64,000 nucleotides of DNA from Aplysia californica. Lineage: Eukaryota. Numbering within the stretch: position 1 is the first letter of the stretch; each line of letters opens with the position of its first letter. The notes below the pieces were generated by a model. It was not told the origin of the DNA, did no database searches, and worked only from the letters and a program-made list of their open reading frames with translations. The stretch is from positions 734,001 to 798,000 of the forward strand of contig NW_004797480.1 in assembly GCF_000002075.1 (NCBI RefSeq). The letters are read 5' to 3'. The position numbers and the translations under genes were made by a program. This document shows positions 37,089 to 49,842 of the stretch, piece after piece.

Positions 37089-40000
37089 CTGCGGAACAGA
37101 AAAAGGCAATTTTATAATTCTCTTAGAACAATTTTCCTTTTTGCAGTCTTGTTTATGGGAGAGGTATAACAATTTTATATGTCTCTATTGGCTATATACA
37201 GTATACAGCTCAAGTTTTTCATAATCTGCTATGAAAGGATAATGACACCAATTTGAGTAAAGGGGTAAAGGCATGTACTTTGTTTTGGCAATGGTTTAGC
37301 TGAATTGACACACAAGTTGACCTTGTTGATACTGATGATACTCTACTGTGCCAGTGTCTCGGATGAGATGGAAAATATTCTATCTGAAGGGAAAATCCCC
37401 CAAACATATGATCCTTTCATCTCCTTCAATTAAGCAGTTCAGTGAAAATTTCAAATAAGCTTGGATATTTTTTTTACAAAAGCTTGAAAAAAAAAAGGTC
37501 TTGCCTTCCAGGTAATCATGTTTAAAAAAAAGTGTAAATAAACTTTAGTCGTTCAAAAAATATGAACATTTTTGTGATTAAAATTTTGCCTTGATTTGGT
37601 CCATTTTTTGCACCGGTTTTTGTGCCAGAATTAAGACACATTTTAGACAAAAAAGTCATTATTTTGATAACCATCCAACAGATTTACATGTATTACAAAC
37701 CAAATTTTAGCAAATTGCAAATGCTATTACAATAATCAAATTAAAAACATATTCTTTTATTTCTTATTCTTCCCATTAGCCAGATCATTTGTCAAGCTGT
37801 AGAACTCCCCCCCCCCCCACCTTCCCATAGTTAAGTTTAGGCTTTTACTTGTTTATGTTGGAAGAGAATGTTGACCTATCTCCCATGGAGCTATGTCATT
37901 ATTTCTATGACAACACTCGGCTAGCTTAGTCTAGAAATCAACATAAACAAATGGGGAGCCATCATTATTGATGCAAAAGAAATTAAGTATCTGAACCACA
38001 TGAAGTTTTGCTCAGCCATCTTTCTTCCACATACATGAGTAAAGGAAATCGTAAACACATCTAATATTTCATAAATTACTTTAAAAATCAATTTAAAAGG
38101 TCGAATTCAAGGAACACCAAGACTCCCAAAAGAGCATGGAAGCATGTGACGTCACCGTCAGCTAAGCCCGGCCGGGAAGGGAAACATGGGTTTCTTGTGT
38201 TCGGCGGTAGCCTACCTATTGTCGAAAACAAGAATGGCTTTGCGCTTGAATTAATTAAAATATTTTAAAAATTAAACAGTAGCAAAATGGAGTATTTACA
38301 TACACTGGTTAAGTCTCGAGAAAGCAAGACAAATGGATTAAACTTTACATTGATCTAACATTTATCTCATTTTCGCAACAAAATCCTTCCACTTCTACTG
38401 CATCAATCTCAACATGGAAAACACTATATTTTTAAAGCTCAGGTTTTCCTTTTTAAAATGATATGCCGGAAGTCATGAGTATTCACAAAACGAAACAAAA
38501 CAGCAAGTAGTTTCGGACTCACCCAAAACGCGACCCAACATGACCGAGATAAAAAATTAATGAGGCACTGCAGTGGGGATTCCCATATGGGCATTTGCAT
38601 TCATTAAACTGCCTACTTCAATGCCATATTGGCATACCTCTGTCCCCATAGAATTATTCAAATTTAGATGGCTAAATTATGCAACAAAAAAGCAAAATTA
38701 TGCAAAAATTATGCAAGTTACCGTAGCACCATTCGCGACATGTTTTGCACTTTTTCAACACGAATTTTCATGATATTCATGTTTTATGCACAGAAAAATA
38801 GAAAACAGAACATATCAGTATCAGTAATTTGTTGTGTATTTGGAAAGAAAACAATACCCATCAGCCAGAAAAAAACAACAACCAAAAATTATAATCTCTG
38901 TAACTTTCAGCTATAGATATCTAGATTCTAGAGAGGAAAGAAAAATGAAAAAGAAAAAAAAAAAAAAGGACATCTGGACCTCTGATGGTGGCACATTACT
39001 AAAACAAGGGACATCTGTCAAACATGAAACATCAGCAGACATGAGAACAACAAGTTCAACTTTTGATGGATTGAAAAATTGAACATGCTCAAGGAACAAA
39101 ATCCCAACCCATAACCAAGATCTTCTAACAAGGGAAATAACCAACTTATCAATTAAATGAGACTTATTACGGTGATAATTTCCCTTTAGAAACATGGCGA
39201 GGCGTTAGTTAATTGTTTTGTGTAAAAAAAGGAAAAAAACGTGAAAAAACGCGGGAAATCAAAAATTATGCAAATGTTGCAGAATTAAGCGAAAAAAAGC
39301 ACAATCGCATAATCCTATCGGGACAGATACCAGGTCAGTGTACGCTACACCATGGAATTGCACCATTTCCAATTTAACCCACATCTTGACATCAGCAAAA
39401 TGCAAAAAATGCTGTATAAAAAGAGTTAACTAGATTATGGTGCAAATAATTCATGGAGACTTCATAACACTGAGGAATTTGTACCCTGGGTGTGTCCAAA
39501 TATTTCTTTCCATCATCTTTCCTTTCCCGCACACTAAATGACCATTACAGGGTTGGTTTGCATCTCTTTCACTCAACCCTGGTACTGCAAGAGATACTCA
39601 CTTGACAATATCATTGATAGGAATGTGCAGAATTCTCTCATCCAGCGTATGAATCTCTACTGTGCATCCGGTCAGGGCTTTGCCAAGAGGAACTTTGGCA
39701 GTGTGGATCAGGTTGGCACCTTCACGACAGAACCTGGGGTGAGGTTTGTCCTTCACAATAAAGACGATGTCAGCTGAAACATGAGAAATAAAATATAATG
39801 TTATATTCTTAAATTATTATAAAGGTCCTTAAAGTTTACTTGACAAGAGAAAGGAAAAATATAATGCGCATTGGTATTAATTCATCTACTGAATATTCAA
39901 GGGTGTCATGTTAGAAATTAAGTACAGTAGTCTCCGCCTATATGCTGCACACAATACAAAAGTATGTTCCACTCAAAAGTATGGTTTCATTATATGACAG

Positions 40001-43000
40001 GCTTTAAACTATACAATTAAGACATACAAACACATGTTCACTTCTTCTAAACGCACGCTTTAATCCGCAAAACACGTCAACAGGTAAAGCTTGACAAGAG
40101 GAGAAATTTTTGCTGCTGCCTGCACAGCTTGCATAAGACAGGTCTAGACAATTGGATATACTTGTTGAGACTGACCCTCGCACAGAACAAAGAGAGTGAT
40201 TGACAGTGTTTTCATACCCAACTGTCCACAAACTCATAGATCTAGGTCTCGGACTGGTCGGGTGATATGTTTGGTGGGGGTGGGGGGTGGTCATGGCTGA
40301 AATGTCTTTTAATTGGTCACTCGAAATGTGTCTTTCAAAGAAGGTTTCTGATTGGTGTTTGAGTGACTGCATACGTAATGTTTAATTAGTTCTATGAATA
40401 TGATGCACAGCACTCGTGAATGCTGTAGAACACCAGATAGGCCTCTATATATAGGATTAAAGACTATAGTACGGTCAAAAATTCATGGCACCACTTATTG
40501 TAAAAAATTTCCTAAAATATCGAACATAGACTCTCCAGCTTTAGCACAATGACTTGTATCTTTGTCTTAACAGATCAATATTTTTGTAAACACCTGTTAA
40601 CTGTATTCTAGAAAATTCCTTAATAAATACTAATTAAAAAATCAAAGTGGGTGTTCCTGCAGATTTTAAAAGGTTTGCAGCTAGGGCAATATTGTTTTTA
40701 GAAGCAAGATTTAGTGCAAAAAAATGAGTTCACCATAAAATTTATTTCTTTTTGCAAGTTTTGCCAATAAAACCTGTCATTGGTGAGCTGTGACATAGGC
40801 CATATATATACGTTTGCAAAATGTGTGTGAGAAATGAGAAATTCTGTGAACAATCCCATTTTCTGCATGAAAGAGATTTATAGTATTTTATATAAATTTA
40901 TGAAGAAAAGTTTTAAATTTAGCCTCAATTGTTGTGAAAAAACATTATTGTTAAGTTAAGACATATTGATACAAACTGCTGTGCAAAGTAGGGAAGACAT
41001 TGATTCACCTGTTAAAGAGAGAGATATTTGAGGGTAAGTTGCGCCACAACTATTTGACTGCACATAGTCAAGTAATCAGCAGCGCTTGAAGAAGTAATCA
41101 GCAGCGCTTGAAGAACTTATATGTATTTGTTCAACGAATCACAAGAGAAAAGTCTCTTGGGATGTGTCATTCTGATGTCATCCATGCATAGATTTACCAA
41201 GTTGCAATAAATCACAGGCAGTTGGGAGTGGTCATTTGGAAAGCCATGTTGCTGAGGGCTTTTCCCTCTATAACTATCACCAACAGTTTCCTCTTATCAG
41301 CTCTCAACATTTCGCAGTGCATATCAGTACAATGAGTGCGTCCTTCTGCTTTCATCCCCACCCTTTCAACGCCTTTGTATTTGTAATTCATAACCGCAGT
41401 CTGGGAATTCTTCACAAAACAGTCATGTGTCATCTCATTATCGGCCAATTTAAAGTGACCCCCCCCCACCGGAAGTCACTAAAATATCAAGAAAATGAGA
41501 TGATTGCGTCCCTTCTTTCATATTAACGCACACTCCATATAAACACACGCTTAAAATCCCTCCTGAACACTGCGTTTAGGCAGAGTCTTCTGTACTTTTT
41601 CTGAACAGACCATAAGCGTTGACTTGAAATGGATTCCAGTAACAATGTGGGATACTCCTTTCAAGACTTTATGATAGGTGTGTATACTCTTTTGGAAAGA
41701 TACTCAAGGACAATGTAGACGACCAAGGTTCAATTCCCATACATTCTACCCAATCACTTTTCATTTGTAGGGCCTACATGAAAAATATTACGAATGAGAA
41801 AGTAGCTATCAATAGTATGTTCAAAGGGCCTACATTATGTTTCAGAAGAAAGTTTTTCTATGATCATAAAAGGCCTGCATATAGTTCAGACCATGAACCC
41901 TTTTTTTTCTTTCAACCTTTCTTCCATTTGAGTTCAAGTGAAGCAACACAACCAGCTAGTCTAGCTAATTGAAACATTAAATTGTTGTAACATACCTGGT
42001 ACATTGTTGGGGCCTTGGTCACCTTCTTGAGGGAAAGTAATTTTTGTGCCTGGGCGCCAGCCTTTCTTCACTGTTATTGTGAGAATTTTGTCTCTGATAC
42101 TTGATGTGTGACCATCTTCATTCATTACCTGTTTAGAAAAAAAAGGATCTCAGTTATACATATAGACCTAATGCACTCCATTGATTTTGTCTTTGTTAAG
42201 CATTTGTCATCTTGTTTTTATGTCTTGTTTAGCCTGATTTTTCTTATTTCCCTCAACGTCTTTACTGCAAGTCATGGATGGGAGTGTGGATTTTACAGAA
42301 AACCGTTGATTAAAGAACAAAAATGTAAATTTGCAGTATTCAAGGACCATCAAACTTTGGAAGTCACCATACTTTAGCGGGCATTTTCTTGCTAATTTTA
42401 CCTTTTAAACAAGGCGGCCCCCACCTCTTTCAACAAAAAATATTTCGGCTTCTATTAAAAATAAGATGGATTTTTTTATTTATTGAAAGCTAGACAAATG
42501 AACAAGCTTGGGGTTGATACCAATAACTCTACATGCCCAAAAACTGACGAGCGTCTGATTCCATCGCATCGTGACGCAAATATTAAAAATTTATAATTTA
42601 CCATTGAAAGCAGTACATCATTTTGCTCCATACAAAAAATTCTTTACATTTAAGTGTTGAGATAAGGCTTCATAAAAAGGTGTTTAATTTTTATTTACAG
42701 GTGTTCAATGTGTACAGCAACATAAATTTTTCCTTTTGAGAAAGAGAAGAATCTAAATATGAGAGGCTTAAAAATGTTTGTGATCATTCAGAAATGAATT
42801 ATCGTTGTTTAAAGCTATTCAAAAGAGGATAACTATTTCTTCCGCAAACTAGCTCAGACTTCATTTTAAGAAAACATAACAAAGTGGAGTTAATCATATT
42901 TCTTCGTATAAAGTCAAACAGCATTATAAGCTAAGAAGAGAACAGTTTGCTCATATTAGGTTGGTGGATGTCACAAAACTTACCCTCCTTGAAATTTTCA

Positions 43001-46000
43001 TTTTCTTTGTGCATCCATGGAAAACTTCTTCAAGACTAAGGTACAGGTCTCTCTCAATAGGTGGGTCCTGCTTTTTGGCACCTCGGCCATGCAGACCACC
43101 AAAACCCATGCTCAAGTCACCATCTACTCGATCGTGGAACTCTGTAAAAATTATTAGCAACATATCAATGATGGAAAATGGGTCAATTCAGAGGAAGGCT
43201 TCACTTCGGTCTTATTTTGATCATCCATATTCTTGAAACCTGGAAAAAAAGGATCCAAACGCACTTAAGTGGATTGTTTGCAGCACTGACAATATGCAGA
43301 AAAGATGCTACCCCTGTGCCCACAAGGCAGTGGCACAAGAGAAGCATTTTTTCCATTTTATCCCTTGAAAGTGGACAGGGAGACCATCTATATCACATAA
43401 GATAAGGCATCTGGAAGATACAAATATGATAAATATTAAGTAAGATATTAAAAGGTGGTGTGATGAGTGAAAAGTCAAGTTCATGGTGTATACAGTCTGT
43501 TATACTTCAAAAGTGAAAGTGGGGGGTTACATACATTTTTTTCTGATTTTTTCTTGAATTAACTTGAATTTTAGGCTTTTTTTTCTACTTTTGACAATCA
43601 AGAATTATTTTACTCTCACGTTTTCTACATCAAAAAATGATTTCATCATTATTTATCTAAAATAACAATACAGTTGTCACAGAGGGTTGGAAGAGAAACA
43701 TTAACTTTTTCTTCAGGAATGTCTCTCACCCTGAAATGGGTTGTCTCCGCCAAAGAAATCTCTGAATACTTTTTCAGGGTTTCCATGGAAGGTGTAGCCA
43801 CTGGTCCAGGCTCCGGCCTCGCCACTTCCAGCTGGGACACCATTCTTCAGTCCCTCTTCCCCAAACTGATCATAGACAGCACGCTTACGAGCTGCAAGAT
43901 AAAGCAAATAAAATAAATGTTTTGTTAAAGTGCAATCATGAAATATGAAAAAAAAAGTTATAATTCAAACACAATGATCGCACACACATAATATAATTTG
44001 GGGATTATCCTTCAATTTAAAAATAAAAACAAATTCGTACAGCTTTTTGGGCATTCAAGCTGCATTCAAGCATTATAGCTGCATTACAGGGCAAAATAAA
44101 TGGTCATTTCTGCATCAATTAAAAAAAAATCTTTGAACAATACAAAATTCAAGCCTGTGTATGAACACAAAATTTGTCAATGTGAAGAAAATCAACTGAC
44201 GTATTTGAAATATATCAATTTCTAAAAATTTACACTAAAACTGAGTAAAATGCAAAACTTTACGATTTTTTCAAAATAAACAGTAGTGCGTATTAAACTA
44301 ATTCATTCAAAAACGTATTGAACTCAGAGAAGAGCTGCTATAAAATAATCATGCTCCAGGTGTTAATTATTTCTCTCCAAGTTTTGAATACACTGCTAAC
44401 GCTGGGAATTTTGAATAACCCTGTGGCATATGTTTCTTTGTCAGTGATTTGGACTGCACCTTTTCAACTAATGAATTTCAATTCTTCAGTTACCAACGTA
44501 AAGGAAAAAAGGGGGTTCAAGTCAGAGGAATCTGGCAACCATTCATTCATTCTGCTTATATAGTGTTCCTAAAATCTTTTCTGGCAACCATGCAAGATCC
44601 TGCTGGCAATAGCATCCTCATTACCCCCCTCTCCGTTTTAGACTTTGAGCCCACGCATATTTCTTCCCCCCCCCCCCCCCCAGACTTCTCCAAAACTTTC
44701 TCAGTGTGGTAAAATATCCACCTGGTGTAATGGTCATGTTTTTACTGTCCTCATCCTGAACTAGAATGCCCCTGCAGCTGAACCTGTTAAGTGTACACCC
44801 AGAAATCATTTAAGAAAAAAGCGATTATTTTTTAAGTTGCACACCAGTCTTTTTGAAATTTTACGCAGTATTGCCCTCCTAGTTCAAGTGGCTGCATGCA
44901 TAAAATGAATGAAAACTGGGGGAAACATTGCACTTTGCATGGGTCCTCCTTTTTTCAAATTTGGACACCCTGTTTTTGTAATATCATTCTGGAAAGGTGC
45001 AATCCATTCTTATCACTTTCAATATGAAGGATGAATGTAGTCTGAGATTATATCTTTACACAAAAAAATCCTTACTGCTTTCTTATTTCGATCAGAACTT
45101 AGTGAACAGCAGTGAAAAGTTCATAATTTACTGTGATAGAGCCGACTATCTTGAACACCAAAGTACAGGAACATTAAGAGGAACTCACGGTCTGATAGCA
45201 CATCATATGCCTCTGCAACTTGCATGAACTTATCTGAAGCATTTTGATCTCCAGAATTCTTCTCTGGATGATACTTCAAGGATAACTTCCTGTAGCTGAA
45301 ATGTAACAAACAACAAAATAATATTAAGAAACAATTGTAGACTGGTCTGTTTGTCATATATATCACTTTAACGAGCAGAGGGAGAAAAAATAAAGTAAAG
45401 GTGAGACGGCCGGAGGGTAATCTAAATACAGGTAGGCTACATGAATCAGCTTGCACTTGTCTTCAAGATTTATAATAGGGGAGAGTGGGGATCGGGGCCT
45501 CTACACGAGGAGACTTCTGATATGTCAATTCTTACTAAACTATGGATAGTGCACATTTTGTCACAGGATCACATAATGTGTAATTTGAGGTTTAGCTTGC
45601 TGTGTTTTTGGCCACCTCACTGAGCAAAATCTCTGCTGTGAAAGAAATTGTGTTTTTGTCAAGGGTGTATCTAAGTTTTCACACCTCAGTTTGTTAGGTT
45701 TACACGTCAGAAGAGTGCACCAATCCTTTCACAAACTATGTGTCTGTGCTTTAGGGTATCTGTTTCAAGCCAAATTCATAAAATGAAACCTAGCTTTCAT
45801 AATGTCTGTTTCAATAATTTCATGAACATGTTTCCTATACTACCCCAATGTAGGGATTCTCGACACTTCGTACAGGGGGTGGGGTGACTTCGTACACAGT
45901 CTGAAGTCTCCCGACGACTAATGTAAGAGTAGTTGGAATAAGAGTTTCCATAAAAATTGAATTTTAAACGTACACTGTAATCGGGTTGTTGTATTTCTCA

Positions 46001-46117
46001 GACTGAATCGTGTCACGGAAATATATATCTATAGAGCCCTAAAAAGAAAAGAACCTGTTAGTTCACAAAAAGATGAAACTCGCAATGCATGTACTTGTTA
46101 ATGACTTACTGTCTTTG

Positions 46118-46151
<34 letters not shown>

Positions 46152-49100
46152 TACACAATATGAAGAAATCTACTCGGAAACATTCTATCTAAAATGGTGT
46201 GAAGACATCAGTGCGTTTTAGAGACACTCTTTTATGATTGCATAATTTTCCGATGATCCTCTGAGGAAAAAAATCTCTCGGAGTACATTGTTTGAAAAAT
46301 ATTCCAGGATGTTCTCCTAACCTGACATTTGTCATTATCATAATGTGTCACGGCAAACATTATAATTATGCCAGAAACATGACATATGAACAAAATCTAA
46401 CCCAAAAAGACAGGCTTTCTGGCTTCTGGGTCGAAAGTGGAACCAACTTTTGTCGTAATTGAATTTGGGAATATTGGTGAGTGTATCCATCTCGTTGGGG
46501 AAGGGGTGTCAGAGAAAGACGAAGAGGGTGACTTTGAGAGTCTTCCCTCTACTAGGGAAATCTAATAAGAAAGCAATTCTTTCATCTATCGACCTGTGGA
46601 AGATTTGGCTATTGTAAAGTGAGACCAGTTATTCCTCCACTGATTTGAGGTTCAACAAAGAGAGGTCAGAAAGCTCCTATAAATTTGCAGTTAAAATGGC
46701 ATCCATTAATGTTTCAATTCACATTGAAGTCTCCAGTGCCTTTATATTCCGACTTCAAAAGCTCTTTTCAAAAAGAAAATTATGATTCACTGTTTTTAAG
46801 CAGCAGACTTTGTTTCCCTTAGCTGTTTTGATTTGGTTGTGGAATAACTCTTCACGGACACTATAATAATTGTAAGGTTATTTGAGAAGGTGGATCTCCG
46901 AATTTACGTCCTTCTCAGTCAGGACGGGACAGGAGGCCATGAAAACTATTGAAAACCCTTCAAACAGCCCATTTTCAAGAACACACATACCTGGATTTGA
47001 ACCAGAGGCCATTGCTCAGAGAGAAATAGTGATAATAGCTTAGTAAATAGAGCTCCTCGATCATTAATACCGTGCTCTCACCAAATCCAGACGTTGATAG
47101 ACTCGGAAACTAACGAGGAAAAGAACACTTTTCATCTCTGTTTATCACTGCAAAAACTAGCTTGTTTATAGGGGCATTAGAGCTCTGTTTGACAGCAATA
47201 AGGGGAGATTTCAAGTCATCGCGTACAAATGTGCATAAAAGCGGGATGGTTTATATGGTTGGATCACTGTTTTCTTTGATTTCCAGTGAGTCTGAAATAC
47301 ATTTTCACACCTCGAACAAGATGTAAAAGTAAAGATCTATGCCAGGTCAAAGTTTTGCCTCTCAAAAATAATATTTGTGAGGCAACGTGGTGGAATCAGG
47401 CTCTTGTCAAAATAATCAAAGTGAAGAAACTTGCATTTTTCCGCAGGTTTGTGAATTTTTATCAAATTTTTGTTTTTTGGCTCAGCACCTTTCATGTTCA
47501 TTCTGGGTGGATTTTTCTGAAAAATGTTGATTAAAAGCACAAAAAATGTAAATTTTCGGTTTAAGCTAAGGAAATAACTAATCTTTGGCGGCCATTTACT
47601 CTTTAATTTTTTCTCTGAAAACAAGCGACCCCCACCTCCTTCTTTTGCAAATATCTCGACTTGTATTCAAGATAAATGGATATTTTTTCATCCAAATAAG
47701 GACAAGTGAACAAGCCTTAAGGTAATACCTATAACTCTACATGTCCAAAAACTGATGAGAGCCTAATTCCACCACGCTGCCTCACATTTGATACATGAAA
47801 CACACTGTCCCAAGTCATCCGTCTTCGTCCGAAGTTTCCTTCACTTTTGTCCGGTCTCCCACTGAGCGGTAGGCCTACGTTGTGTTGTTTTGGATAACTT
47901 AGGGAACCTTAGTAAAACGTGATGATGCACAAATAGCTGATATAACAAGTGGAGAAGCCCAAATGGCTTACAATAATGGTGAAACCTTTTTCTTTGGCTT
48001 AAATTGTTCCTGAAGCCAGCAGTGGAGCCAAACGTAAAAAGTGTCCGAAGCCTATCCCTGCTCTCCCATGGCCTGTATGAATATATAAAGGCGTATATAG
48101 TCTAAACAAACATAATAACTCTCTCAGAGAGAAATAGGCTGTTTCAATGTAAAATATTGCAAGACTGTAAATGAGGACTTATAAAAAATGTAATTAGGTT
48201 AGAAATGTTGATCAACATAGATCTATATAGGTAGATCTTTTTTGCGAGTTGTTAATATTTGTTTTCAGTTGACTTTAATTAATTTCTGAATTGCAGATGC
48301 TTTCATTTACTAGTAAATAAGACTTTGTTAGCTTTATATATTATTATTGTCAAATAAATGAATTTGTTATTGATCTAAGTTATAAGTTATAACGTGTCCT
48401 TATTTTTGGAGTACATCGACTAGGCATCTCGTGCTGACTTGAGCTTAGATAATTTAATGGGTTCCTTTACCGACCGATTTTGATTTGAAAGCACAAAAAG
48501 ATGGCGTTTTGGCTAGGAATGACATATTGAGAGACTAGAATCAAGTGTACTTTTCTCACACTCACACAAGTGTTGGGCTTTAGTCGATATCGATATCGGG
48601 TACTCATCGATACTGGTTTTCTTAGTCGATACTCGATATCGCAGAGTCCCTTAGTCAATACTGATCAGTGTAATGAGTGTAGTGTTTGCCGCCTAATCTG
48701 CGTGATATCAGAGAGAAACGTGCTGTCTACGATCACCCGTCTTTTGTTTCTAAATAGGCTTAGTCACGTTCAGAAAGAAGAAGAGCACTGTTTGGACATA
48801 TTTTGAAGAGCTTCCAGGAAACAAAGAGGCCAGGTGCCTTGTTTGTCACGACATATTTAAGCATCATGGGAACAGCACAAATCTCATGAAACATCTCCAT
48901 GCCAAACATCTAAGCGAAAATGCTGCACTTTCACTTGACAAGGAGAAGCAGGGCGGTAGCAGCAGCGGTAGTGCTAGTCTGATAGAAGAGAAGAGGAGAG
49001 TGAAAAATAAAGGAGAAGGGTTGAAGGCTATCAGTTCACGACCTGATAAGGCTTGTGCTTGTATACGTTGGCAAAGGATTCTTAATTATGATAATCATAG

Positions 49101-49287
49101 GTCATAGGGAGGCACGTAATTACCATTTTGGCGTTTAGTTTATAATTTTGAACTCTTGTCTTTTAAATGAGTGAAAGGCTTACCTTTCTATTAAATTATT
49201 GTGCCCCAAGGTTACTTACTATTTCTTGATATCAGCATCCGATGCACTTCTGGTTAGACCAAGAATACTGTAGTAATCAACACCCAT
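36935..49287 (-). CDS. DNAJB13: DnaJ homolog subfamily B member 13 (radial spoke HSP40/RSP16 orthologue), 317 aa; complement join(49220..49287,45189..45295,43730..43891,42984..43141,41996..42128,39602..39773,36935..37088)
   Basis: Seven GT-AG exons with consistent phases total 954 nt: [35 protein letters not shown]...[23 protein letters not shown]...[80 protein letters not shown]...HVRRALLL*. The VMNEDG.SS.RDKILTI signature is DNAJB13-like. PolyA signal at 36426-36431 (-). Confidence 0.95.
38640..39326. mobile_element. MITE with CTGTCCC termini and AATTATGC subterminal repeats (unclassified)
   Basis: CTGTCCCCATAGAATTAT ... ATAATCCTATCGGGACAG inverted ends. Confidence 0.6.
39602..39773 (-). 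CDS. DNAJB13: DNAJB13 exon 6
   Basis: [14 protein letters not shown]...HIPINDIV. Confidence 0.95.
39925..41592. mobile_element. Tc1/pogo-type MITE (12772 family) containing a nested Tc1-like MITE at 40472-41060
   Basis: Outer TA|CAGTAGTCTCCGCCTA ... TAGGCAGAGTCTTCTG|TA. Inner CGGTCAAAAATTCATGGCACCACTT ... AAGTTGCGCCACAACTATTTGACTG. Confidence 0.55.
41996..42128 (-). CDS. DNAJB13: DNAJB13 exon 5
   Basis: [10 protein letters not shown]...GDQGPNNVP. Confidence 0.95.
42984..43141 (-). CDS. DNAJB13: DNAJB13 exon 4
   Basis: FHDRVDGD...KKMKISRR. Confidence 0.95.
43730..43891 (-). CDS. DNAJB13: DNAJB13 exon 3
   Basis: [17 protein letters not shown]...FFGGDNPFQ. Confidence 0.95.
45189..45295 (-). 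CDS. DNAJB13: DNAJB13 exon 2
   Basis: [35 protein letters not shown]. Confidence 0.95.
47377..47785. mobile_element. Sola1-type MITE (AWWT TSD); family also at 57012-57453, ~32487-32860 and ~42270-42578
   Basis: ATTT|GTGAGGCAACGTGGTGGAATCAGGCTC ... GAGCCTAATTCCACCACGCTGCCTCAC|ATTT. The copy at 57012 is flanked by ATAT on both sides. Confidence 0.75.
48569..49107 (+). mobile_element. hAT transposon 5' end with intact BED zinc finger (reading frame 48766-49107)
   Basis: AGTGTTGGGC terminus with ATCGAT/GATATC subterminal repeats, like the hAT MITE at 52434. Frame reads [44 protein letters not shown], the BED consensus S-x-VW-x-YF...CxxC...TNL-x-x-H-xxx-H. Confidence 0.85.
49220..49287 (-). CDS. 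DNAJB13: DNAJB13 exon 1
   Basis: [22 protein letters not shown], donor GTAAGT. Confidence 0.92.
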
Positions 49288-49692
49288 GGCTGTCTTCTTG
49301 GTGTGGTTATTTACAAGTGCAACCAACGAGTGACACTGTATGACAACAATATGGCGGCCTTAGATACCAGCCTGCAAAGCTACGAAAAAGTTTCGAATAA
49401 TCACTAAGTTTGAGATATTGCATTTAATGATATAGTTCTGTTATTTTCCTTACTTTTCCAAACTTATTTCCCTTTTATAATTCAATATTTAGTCTATACA
49501 GGTTCCAGAAGCAGAATATTTTCCATCAATAATATGTACAAAAAATCCGAATCAGCGTCTCTAAAGGAACCTACCGTATAGAGTCCCAAGCAACCAGAAA
49601 ACATGTCCGCTGTGCTGGACGCCACTTCTGTTGGCGATATCTAAATAACTTCAAATTGAACTTTCAAAGTCTCTTGCTGCAAATATTGAAAG
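49288..49692. promoter_or_regulatory. bidirectional promoter DNAJB13/CFAP47 with RFX X-box-like, forkhead and YY1-like motifs
   Basis: ATGs 405 bp apart on opposite strands. X-box-like CTGTATGACAAC (49336-49347), CCTTAGATAC (49358-49367) and GTCCCAAGCAAC (49583-49594). GTAAATA on the minus strand (49308-49314). AATATGGCGGC (49348-49358). Confidence 0.7.
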
Positions 49693-49842
49693 ATGGAAGG
49701 AGACGTATTTGGTGTAAGGATAATTCCATCAGTTCTGCAGTTCTTCAATACAAAGCCAAAGACTCGCTTTGAACTTCCCATCACTGTGAAAAATGTCAGT
49801 AAATCAAGCAAGAACATTCGCTATTATGGACCAAAAAGCGAG
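49693..49842 (+). CDS. CFAP47: CFAP47 exon 1
   Basis: MEGDVFGVRIIP...YGPKSE, donor GTATGT. Confidence 0.9.

Noticed and set aside
41070-41115. 22-bp direct repeat AAGTAATCAGCAGCGCTTGAAG
   Set aside because: A simple local tandem duplication inside a MITE, with no sign of function.
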